NCBI GenBank assembly: GCA_947464275.1
Contig: CANHVU010000011.1
Span: 23,429 to 87,428, forward strand
Source of the DNA: Bacteroidota bacterium
GTDB taxonomy: Bacteria > Bacteroidota > Bacteroidia > UKL13-3
DNA length: 64,000 bases
Direction: 5' to 3'
Of this stretch, positions 57,101-64,000 are shown piece by piece. Below the pieces are notes generated by a model, which worked only from the letters and a program-made list of their open reading frames with translations, had not been told where the DNA came from and searched no databases. Made by a program: the position numbers and the translations under genes. How positions within the stretch are numbered: the first letter of the stretch is position 1; the number at the start of each line of letters is the position of its first letter.

Positions 57101-60096
57101 GTTCGGCAATTGGAAATGTAAATGCAGTTGGTACAACTACTATTTTAGAAAATACTGTTGCCAATCCTTCGGCAGGTAAAGTACGTGGCGATATTTCACA
57201 ATTAGATATTGAAAACTCATTACGCTTTAATAATGGTTTAGTAATTGGTTCAGTAAATGCTGCTGGTTTAAAAAGAATTTTTGAACATGCTATTTCTGCA
57301 ACCGCTCCAAGTGCTACTCCAGGACAATTTCCTCAAGTTGGTGGTGTAATGTTCAGTTACGACACCACAAAAGCCAGAGGCAGTGAAATCATATCATTAG
57401 TTGTTACCGATTCAGCTTTAAACCGCTTAGATACAATTGTAAGAAACGGATTATTAGTAGGTGATACTTCAAGGATATTTAAATTTGTTACCCTTGACTT
57501 TTTATATACTGGTGGTGATAGTTATCCTTTCCCGTCAAATGCATTTAATAGAGTTAATTTAGATACAGCTATTAAAACTACTGGTATTGCTACCTTTACT
57601 ACTACTGGTAAAGAGCAAGATGCTTTTGCTGAATATATGGGAACATTCCATAATACAAACCCATATAACATCAAAGATACCTCACTATTGGGTGATAGAA
57701 GAATTCAATTAAGAAATACCCGTAATGAAAATATTTTCCCAGAGACAAACCCAGCCATTACCATTGCACAGGCAAGGGCTATAGCTGCTCCAAATCTGGT
57801 TAGAATAAGGGGAATTGTTACCCGCGCGTGGGGTAGGTTTATTTACATCCAGGATGACAATGCAGGCCTAGGCATTCGTCAGGCAGCTGGTGCCATGGTT
57901 GACTCAATTGCCGCTGGCAGATTAAAAGAAGGTGATAGTGTGGAAGTAATAGGCCCACGCAATGATTTTAGCAATTATGCACAAGTGCAATTGGCTAGTG
58001 GTGCCTATAACAATACCAACACCGTAATTGTATTGGCATCAAACAGAACAGCAACGCCAATTACTTTAACCGTAAAACAAATTAACCAAAATGGCGAACA
58101 GTTTGAAAGCCGCTTAGTAAGGATAGTTGGCTTAAGAACCAATGCAACAGGAACTTTTGCAGCAAGCAGCAACAATACCGTATGGGATGGCACCACCTTA
58201 GGCGACACCACCATATTACGTGTAATTGCGGCAGCTGATACTGAAATTGATGATGTTCCTGCAACTTCTGTTCCTCAAGGCACCTTTGTGTTTGAAGGAA
58301 TCTTAGCCCAATTCTGCTCATCGCCAACTAATGGTTGTAATAGTGGCTACCAATTGTATGCTGTTCGCAAAAAAGACATTGTAGAAATGCCTTTATCTGC
58401 ATTTAACTTATTAAATCCAGCAAACAATGATAGAGTAGTAACGGATAGTGCAAGTAATAACGCAATAAATATTAATTGGAACAGCTCGTTTAACGCTGCT
58501 AAATACAAATGGATGCTAACTACCGAAACAGGTAATTTTACTACTCCATTATTAACTTTTTTATCTAACAATGCAGGAGTTGATACATTATTAACTTTAA
58601 CATCTGGTGGAGTTGATGCCATTTTAGCAAGCTTAAATATAGCCAAAAGCGATTCAGTAAAAACCAAATGGACCGTATTTGCTTACAAAGGAACTAGCGA
58701 CTCATTACAAGCTACTCAAATATTTAACTTAACATTAGTAAGAAACAAACCGACTTTAAGTGCATTTAGTTTAATTGCTCCTGCTAATAATGCAAGAATA
58801 GAAGTAACAGAAGCAAGCAATGCTTTGGTTAATGTAAATTGGAATAAATCAACCAATGCTACCAACTACAAATGGTTTGTTACTACTCCAAATGGTAGTT
58901 TCTCGGCACCTTTATTACGCTTAAATTCTAATAACAATGGAACTGATTCTTTAATAACTTTAACAAGCGGAACTATTGATAATGTATTAAGCACTTTAGG
59001 TATTAAACGTACTGATTCAATTACTTTAAAATGGACCGTTTATGCTTACTTAAATAACGACTCGTTAAAAGCAAACCAAGATTGGAATATTACGTTGATA
59101 CGCAAACGCATTTTAGGTGCATTTAACTTAACAGCTCCAAGCAATAATGCCAGAGTGGAAGTTGTTCAGAACAGCGCTTCTACAGTATCCATTTCATGGT
59201 CGGGAGCAAATGCTGCTACTAAATATGTTTGGAAAGCAACTACTTTAAATGGTAATTTTGGTAATCCATTATTGAATTTAAATTCAGATAATTCAGGAAC
59301 TAATAATAACCTTACTTTAACCAGTGGTGCTATTGATGCTATTTTAGCTTCAAAAGGAATAAAACGTGGCGATTCAATTACTTTACAATGGACTGTTTAT
59401 GCTTTTGAAACAACTGATTCATTAAAAGCTACTGAAACATTTAATATTACTTTGGTACGCAAACGTATTTTAGGTTCATTTAATTTATCGAACCCAATTA
59501 ACAATGCACGATTAGTAGTAACACCTAACAGCACCTCTCCAATTATTATTAATTGGACAGCAGCTGCAAATGCAGTTACTTACAAATGGAAAGCAGCTAC
59601 ATTAACAGGTAATTTTACCAATCCTTTATTAAACTTAGCTTCAGATAATACTGGTGTTGATACAAAATTAACATTATCTCACGATGCGTTAGATGCAGTT
59701 TTAGCAAGTAATGGTATTGCCAAAGGCGATTCAATAAAATTACAATGGACAGTGTTTGCTTTTGAAACAACTGATTCATTAAAAGCTAACGAAACATTTA
59801 ACATTACCTTGGTTCGTGGCGCAGGTGTTGGTGTAAACAATATTGATTTTAAAAATAATTTCAATGTTTATCCTAATCCAACTCAAACTGAGTTAAATAT
59901 TAAGAGCAATGACTTAATTGGTACTTTGGATGTTAAGTTGTATTCAATTACAGGCAAATTATTAATAAATGAAAACATGGAAGCTTCAACCAATAACAAA
60001 ATAGATGTAAGCCATTTACAAGATGGAGTTTACATGTTATCAATTGAATGTAAAAATGGTAAAACCGCTACTATAAAAGTAGTAGTGGCTCACTAA
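54130..60096 (+). CDS. Giant T9SS-secreted multidomain phosphoesterase: N-terminal propeller-like (choice-of-anchor-I-like) domain, metallophosphatase/5'-nucleotidase, OB-like domain, 4 tandem ~119-aa repeats, T9SS CTD
   Basis: 1988 aa with a signal peptide. The metallophosphatase motifs are VLHASDMESG, ASGDCF and FGNHEFDLG. The 5'-nucleotidase C-domain reads NFGNLTADANLWYAR...GGIRS. An OB-like segment reads ITIAQARA...VRIRGIVTRAWGRFIYIQDDNAGLGI. The C-terminus reads FNVYPNPTQTELNIKS...GVYMLSIECKNGKTATIKVVVAH. Confidence 0.85.
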   Translation: MNNSIYKLLGLMLFSLCSILTKAQINAQFLGRYSIGTYNSNGGVAEISAFDPASKRMFVINGPDTTVKIVNIANPASPVLIATLSIKPYGIDINSIACNKKGLIAMAVVDSNGKTNPSSIVFTDINGNFISKVKAGANTDHIIFTSDGKKLLCANEGEPNNGYTIDPEGSISIIDLSNGAANLTQASVQTAGFTAFNAPATIDSKIKITGRIQSGGSFLRNSTVAEDIEPEYIAISEDNSTAWVTCQENNALAVVNINTATVTSLLRLGFKNHNLSGNGLDPSDQSGAGNTASISIANWPVFGMYQPDGISSYRVGGQTFLVTANEGDARADWGAANNEEVRVNNASFILDTVKFGGASNVSALKANAGLGRLNVTNRYGDFNNDGKFDSIFTFGARSFSIWDGATGALVWDSKDDFEQRTAAMFPSNFNAGHTTNSLDDRSDNKGPEPESVTIGKILDSTYAFVGLERIGGFFVYNITNPNSPYFVQYINTRNFSVTPNQANLATVGDLGPEGIVFIPRNESPNGKDLILLSNEVSGTVAIYQVNSRSAFQMQVLHASDMESGLDAPIDAPNFAAVLDTLEGTYPNTVKLASGDCFIPSPFLSAGEDPSMQTPLRNTASFYYSGSQAVRAAIGRTDVAMMNIMGFQGSAFGNHEFDLGTSEVNSIIGVDIRSNGADKRWIGAQFPYLSANLNFSNDVNLSYLTTTQRLSVDSFKTSPTITNNNQKKGIAPSAIIEMNGERVGIVGATTQVLASISSPGATTVISGGSDNMPALAAVLQPVIDSLKAMGINKIIVMSHLQQLANEKALAPLLKGVDIIIAGGSHSLCADGNDRLRAGIPVADRYPILTVNNDNEPLAILNTTSEWKYIGRFVCDFDSLGRLLPNLLDSNINGAYAADTAMVTSLWGTYSAAFANGTKAGAVRTLTTAISAVINSKDGNKFGKSNVFLEGRRNLVRTEETNFGNLTADANLWYARQYDNQVRISIKNGGGIRSAIGNVNAVGTTTILENTVANPSAGKVRGDISQLDIENSLRFNNGLVIGSVNAAGLKRIFEHAISATAPSATPGQFPQVGGVMFSYDTTKARGSEIISLVVTDSALNRLDTIVRNGLLVGDTSRIFKFVTLDFLYTGGDSYPFPSNAFNRVNLDTAIKTTGIATFTTTGKEQDAFAEYMGTFHNTNPYNIKDTSLLGDRRIQLRNTRNENIFPETNPAITIAQARAIAAPNLVRIRGIVTRAWGRFIYIQDDNAGLGIRQAAGAMVDSIAAGRLKEGDSVEVIGPRNDFSNYAQVQLASGAYNNTNTVIVLASNRTATPITLTVKQINQNGEQFESRLVRIVGLRTNATGTFAASSNNTVWDGTTLGDTTILRVIAAADTEIDDVPATSVPQGTFVFEGILAQFCSSPTNGCNSGYQLYAVRKKDIVEMPLSAFNLLNPANNDRVVTDSASNNAININWNSSFNAAKYKWMLTTETGNFTTPLLTFLSNNAGVDTLLTLTSGGVDAILASLNIAKSDSVKTKWTVFAYKGTSDSLQATQIFNLTLVRNKPTLSAFSLIAPANNARIEVTEASNALVNVNWNKSTNATNYKWFVTTPNGSFSAPLLRLNSNNNGTDSLITLTSGTIDNVLSTLGIKRTDSITLKWTVYAYLNNDSLKANQDWNITLIRKRILGAFNLTAPSNNARVEVVQNSASTVSISWSGANAATKYVWKATTLNGNFGNPLLNLNSDNSGTNNNLTLTSGAIDAILASKGIKRGDSITLQWTVYAFETTDSLKATETFNITLVRKRILGSFNLSNPINNARLVVTPNSTSPIIINWTAAANAVTYKWKAATLTGNFTNPLLNLASDNTGVDTKLTLSHDALDAVLASNGIAKGDSIKLQWTVFAFETTDSLKANETFNITLVRGAGVGVNNIDFKNNFNVYPNPTQTELNIKSNDLIGTLDVKLYSITGKLLINENMEASTNNKIDVSHLQDGVYMLSIECKNGKTATIKVVVAH
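58393..59820 (+). repeat. Four in-frame tandem repeats (~357-362 nt each) inside the giant CDS
   Basis: The units start at about 58393, 58755, 59113 and 59470. The consensus is L(S/G)AFNL..P.NNAR..V......V.I.W....NAT.YKW..TT..GNF..PLL.L.S.N.G....LTLTSG.ID..L...GI.RGDSI.L.WTV.A......DSLKA...FNITL(V/I)R. Confidence 0.9.
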
Positions 60097-60116
60097 AATT
60101 CCATTAATTAATCAAA

Positions 60117-60158
60117 CAAAACGGGTAGGTATTTTAAATGCCTATCCGTTTTTTTTAT
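60117..60158 (+). terminator. Intrinsic terminator of the giant CDS
   Basis: Stem aacgggtagg (60121-60130) / cctatccgtt (60142-60151) with one G.U pair, followed by a T-run. Confidence 0.85.
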
Positions 60159-60382
60159 TTCAAAATAGTAAAAATCAAGTCCGATAAACTTAGGCATAAA
60201 ACAAAAATGGACTTGACTTGAAAAAGCTTAATTGTAAAAATTATTTTGGAGAATTAATTGATAAAGGAAATTTTAACAATAACGTTTAAGTTCTTTACAT
60301 ACTTATTCAATAAAAATACTAAATAACCACAAATAAGATTTTAATAGATTACATACAGAAACTTTATTTAGCAGTATTAAAC

Positions 60383-60418
60383 AAAAAAAGCCAAGACATT
60401 TATTAATTGTCTTGGCTT
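60383..60418 (-). terminator. Intrinsic terminator of the M49 peptidase gene
   Basis: Stem agccaagaca (60389-60398) / tgtcttggct (60409-60418). The plus-strand A-run at 60383-60388 gives the U-run on the minus transcript. Confidence 0.85.
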
Positions 60419-60441
60419 TCTTAATTACTATATTAGTTTAA

Positions 60442-62532
60442 CTAGTTAACTGCTGGTAAAAAACCATACTTTTTCCCTAATTCCAATTGGTTTTTCAAGA
60501 AATTATTTGGATAAGTTACTGTTACATTTACTACTTTTCCATCTTTAATAACTGGCACTAAACTAGGTTGAATAAATCCTTTATAAGGCGCTACATTTAA
60601 TTTAGTGAAACGTTCCTTTACTTCTCTTAATAAATCTTGGTCAACCTTTACACCATAATCCTCTACAAGTTTGGCACCTGCCGTAAAGTCACCTTCCGAT
60701 TTTATTCTTTGTATTTCTTTCAATAATTGTCCAAACAAATCACGTAACTTATTATAATCATTTACTCTTACATAAGTTTTTCCATCACGTTTAACAAACT
60801 CTATAACATTGTCTTTTTTACCCATTTCGTAAGCCCATTTTGCATTTAATTGGCGGTTACGCATGTGTGCTTCTTCTAAATTTTCGCCTATATTCAATCG
60901 AGTTAATTGCGTAATTAATCCATTCATTATATAACCATCGTATTCTGCCATGCCTACTTCTAAACTTGGCATAACACCCATATCAATTAATTTTTGATCA
61001 AGCACATAATATAACGCTACCAAATCCGCACGTGCCTCTTCTAAGGTACTTGCATAATTTTTCAATGTTTGGTCTGGATCGCCTACACCTTTATTTATTT
61101 GTCCGCTAGCATGTCCAATTACTTCATGCATATCAGTATGCAAATCACCCGCTAATGAACCATATAATTTAGCTCTTTCAATTTGTTTAGCATTTTCGGC
61201 AAACTCTTTTAACATAGGGCTTTTGGCTCCTACTATATTATAACTATGAACTATATTTCCCAAAGAAACAGACTTACTTCCATGTTTTTGACGAATCCAA
61301 TTAGCATTAGGTAAGTTAATACCTATTGGTGTAGATTGGGCACTAGCACCCGACTCTTGAACCACTGTGATAACTTTGGCTGTAATACCTTTTACTTCTG
61401 TTTTTTTATGATTAGGTGCTATTGGAGAATTGTCTTCAAACCATTGAGCTTCTTTGGCAATTTTTGCAATCATTTTTGTAGCTTCCAAGTCTTTTATAGA
61501 AACAACACTTTCAAAACTAGCACGCTTGCCAATAGCATCATCGTACACCTCAATAAAACCATTTACCACATCAATTCTTGAATTAACATCAGCCACCCAA
61601 GCAATATTATATTCGTCCCATTTTTTCAAATCACCAGTTTTATAATACTCCACAAGCAACTTTAAAGCAGTTTTTTGGTTTTCATTTTCGGCAACATTAA
61701 CAGCCTTTTCTAACCAATAAACAATTTTTGAAATAGCTTGACCATACATGCCCTCTACTTTCCAAACCTTTTCCACTATCTCGCCATTTACTTTGGTCAT
61801 TTTACTATTTAAACCCCATGAAATAGGCTCTTCATCATCTTTTTTCATTCTAGCCTCATAATACTCTTCAACTTCTTTTTGAGTTACGCCTTCATAAAAA
61901 TTATTTGCTGATGCTTTTACGTTATCAATTCCCGAACCTAAATCAACGGTTTTATTTTCAAAATTGGGGTCGAATATTATTGGTCTTAATTTAGATAAAA
62001 AACCTTCTACAGACAAACCGTTCAATGGCAATAATTTAGCATTACTTGTATTAACTAATTCTGAAAAATATTCAAAACTAAATTCAGGAATAAATTTAAT
62101 ATTAGAGTAATGATGATGGATTCCATTCGAGAAAAAAACTCGTTTTGCATAAGTTTCAAACTTCTTAAACTCTTCATTATCCCTAACCCCATTATAACTT
62201 TCAAAAATTGCTTCAATCGTTTTACGTATGGTTAGGTTATGTTTATACTTTTGATCGTAAATAATATCACGACCAGCATTTGCCGCTTCGAATAAGTAAT
62301 AAGCCAACTCTTTTTGCTTAGGCGTTAATTCGTTAAAACCTTCTATTTCGTATCTAAGCACTTGTAAGTCGGCAAAATTATCGCACTCAACTTCAAATTT
62401 TTTGTCCATTTGCTTATTGGTTTTGGGAGCCGTTTTTTTCTGATTTTTTTGTGCATAGCTGGTTAAAACCAAACTTGAACTTGCTACTACGGTTAAAATA
62501 AATCTACTTATTTTCATTACCCTAATTTTCAA
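60442..62532 (-). CDS. Dipeptidyl-peptidase III family (M49) zinc metallopeptidase, secreted
   Basis: The zinc motifs are HEVIGH and EEARADL. A signal peptide is present. An alternative start at the second Met (62517) would remove the 11-nt overlap with the upstream gene. Confidence 0.85.
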   Translation of the reverse strand: MKIRVMKISRFILTVVASSSLVLTSYAQKNQKKTAPKTNKQMDKKFEVECDNFADLQVLRYEIEGFNELTPKQKELAYYLFEAANAGRDIIYDQKYKHNLTIRKTIEAIFESYNGVRDNEEFKKFETYAKRVFFSNGIHHHYSNIKFIPEFSFEYFSELVNTSNAKLLPLNGLSVEGFLSKLRPIIFDPNFENKTVDLGSGIDNVKASANNFYEGVTQKEVEEYYEARMKKDDEEPISWGLNSKMTKVNGEIVEKVWKVEGMYGQAISKIVYWLEKAVNVAENENQKTALKLLVEYYKTGDLKKWDEYNIAWVADVNSRIDVVNGFIEVYDDAIGKRASFESVVSIKDLEATKMIAKIAKEAQWFEDNSPIAPNHKKTEVKGITAKVITVVQESGASAQSTPIGINLPNANWIRQKHGSKSVSLGNIVHSYNIVGAKSPMLKEFAENAKQIERAKLYGSLAGDLHTDMHEVIGHASGQINKGVGDPDQTLKNYASTLEEARADLVALYYVLDQKLIDMGVMPSLEVGMAEYDGYIMNGLITQLTRLNIGENLEEAHMRNRQLNAKWAYEMGKKDNVIEFVKRDGKTYVRVNDYNKLRDLFGQLLKEIQRIKSEGDFTAGAKLVEDYGVKVDQDLLREVKERFTKLNVAPYKGFIQPSLVPVIKDGKVVNVTVTYPNNFLKNQLELGKKYGFLPAVN

Positions 62533-63319
62533 TAATTAATTTTTGAGTGAATATTAAATCTGTATTTGTTCTTAATTTTATAAAATATATTCCATTTCTT
62601 AAATTAGAAACATCAATAATATTATTTTCGTTTATTAACTCATTTTTCACCAACGCCCCTTTCAAATCAAATATTTCTAACTGCGTATTGTTAGGTAGTC
62701 CATTAATTTTTATTTCCCCTTTTGATGGATTTGGATAAACTTGGAATGAAGGATTACTAGTTAATTTTGAAACAGAAATGGTTTCAACTTTTGCCTCGTT
62801 GCCGGTAGCTAAAGGTATATTTGCCTCATTTTCGAAACCACATTTTATAATGTTTAATTCTGTTCCTGCAGCATTTAATTCTACTAAAACCCAATAATAC
62901 AAAGTATCAGGCGTGCCTGTAAAATTCAATTTTCCACCTATATACTGTTTTCCTTTTCCTTTAAAATCAGTATAGCCTATTGCCGAATTATGAATAAAAA
63001 TTCCAGTCGATTTCCAAGTGGTTTGATTTTCAAAAGTGCTATTATTCTTTAACTTAATTGGATAATTATTACTTCCACTAATGGCACCTGTAGCCATATA
63101 AAATGAATTTCCATTTCCAATACGTGGGGTTACACTCATCGCTCCATTTGCTTCAAAAAAATTAAAAGTTAAATCAAATCCACCATCTCCAGTTACATCT
63201 ATTTGAACATTGGAATTGGTAACATTTAAAGTTTTATTCAAATCGGTAATAACGACCGAAGCGAAACTAAATTGTGCTATTACTAATAAGCTGATAATTG
63301 TAAAAATCTTTTTTTTCAT
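62522..63319 (-). CDS. Secreted protein with a T9SS C-terminal sorting domain
   Basis: The signal peptide is MKKKIFTIISLLVIAQFSFA. The C-terminus reads FQVYPNPSKGEIKINGL...GIYFIKLRTNTDLIFTQKLIIEN. Confidence 0.75.
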   Translation of the reverse strand: MKKKIFTIISLLVIAQFSFASVVITDLNKTLNVTNSNVQIDVTGDGGFDLTFNFFEANGAMSVTPRIGNGNSFYMATGAISGSNNYPIKLKNNSTFENQTTWKSTGIFIHNSAIGYTDFKGKGKQYIGGKLNFTGTPDTLYYWVLVELNAAGTELNIIKCGFENEANIPLATGNEAKVETISVSKLTSNPSFQVYPNPSKGEIKINGLPNNTQLEIFDLKGALVKNELINENNIIDVSNLRNGIYFIKLRTNTDLIFTQKLIIEN

Positions 63320-63551
63320 TTCTTTATATATTGTTTTTGCGAATTAAGTTTAATTATTTCATTTAAAAAATGGTTCAAATCATTCTCATAAACTCAATAA
63401 TTTTAAAATATGCAACTCAATAATAAAGGAAAAGCTCGTCATTTTTTTTTAAACTCTTCATACCAAAAATCATTCTAAAATTTACTTTTATAAACTTATT
63501 ATTGCGAGCATTTATAATTGATACCAATCGTAAATTTCAAATATTTACCCC

Positions 63552-64000
63552 ATGAAAATAGACGTTCACGCACATATTTTACCTGAATTTATGCCAAACC
63601 TTAAAGAAAAATATGGTTATGGCGATGAGTTCATTTATTTAGATCATTTTCAGCCAGGTAGAGCTAATATGATGAAAGCCGATGGTACTTTTTTTAGAAC
63701 CATTGACGATTTGTGTTGGGACCCAAAACGCATTATTGCCCATATGGACGAACATGGCGTTGATATCATGGCACTTTCGCCTATTCCAGTTTTGTTTTAT
63801 TATTGGGCCAAACCAGAACACACACACGATTGGGCCAAATATTACAATAATTATTTAGCCAAGATTCAAGATGAAAATCCAACACGCTTATTGGGCTTAG
63901 CAACTTTGCCAATGCAGAACGTTGAGTTAGCCATTGAGGAAATGTTGCGTTGCAAATACGAGTTAGGTTTAGCTGGAGTTGAAATTGGCACTCATATAGA
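63552..64000 (+). CDS. Amidohydrolase_2 family protein, ACMSD-like decarboxylase (3' end beyond the window)
   Basis: The translation from the ATG at 63552 reads MKIDVHAHILPEFMPNLKEKYGYG...DEHGVDIMALSPIPVLFYYWAKPE...LGLATLPMQ. The frame is open to the window end. Confidence 0.8.
   Translation, partial: MKIDVHAHILPEFMPNLKEKYGYGDEFIYLDHFQPGRANMMKADGTFFRTIDDLCWDPKRIIAHMDEHGVDIMALSPIPVLFYYWAKPEHTHDWAKYYNNYLAKIQDENPTRLLGLATLPMQNVELAIEEMLRCKYELGLAGVEIGTHI

Overview
This is an AT-rich chromosomal window from a Bacteroidota-type organism. The assignment rests on T9SS C-terminal sorting domains on five proteins, a LytTR/His_kinase two-component pair, an isolated atpD-atpC pair, a TAnnTTTG -7 box and many lipoprotein, OmpA and beta-barrel genes. 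About 60% of the window is ordinary housekeeping: groES-groEL, mtaB, hmgA/hppD, atpDC, fur-purA, uvrC, waaA, dxs, hutU, gpmI, a MacAB-like ABC efflux operon, an M49 peptidase and an ACMSD-like amidohydrolase. No rRNA, tRNA, CRISPR array, transposase or integrase was recognised. Four observations stand out. (1) At 43.7-53.8 kb, mostly plus-strand, unrelated secreted, membrane or lipoprotein genes are separated by six same-orientation copies or relics of a conserved ~160-nt module. The module consists of a structured hairpin, an intrinsic terminator and a conserved AT box, which makes the region look like an integron- or rAID-like cassette island, but no recombinase is visible. (2) Many intergenic spacers, often directly after the stop codons of housekeeping genes, carry 7-nt-periodic word repeats. 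A different word is used at each locus, and the words often occur in both orientations. (3) Accessory genes are bracketed by inverted word pairs: an OmpA-family gene and a four-helix-bundle (23S IVS-type) gene. (4) A small Cys-rich secreted-protein gene has inserted upstream of uvrC and duplicated 49 nt of the uvrC promoter and first 11 codons. A 1988-aa T9SS multidomain nucleotidase ends the island. All family assignments were made by eye from the translations and need database confirmation.
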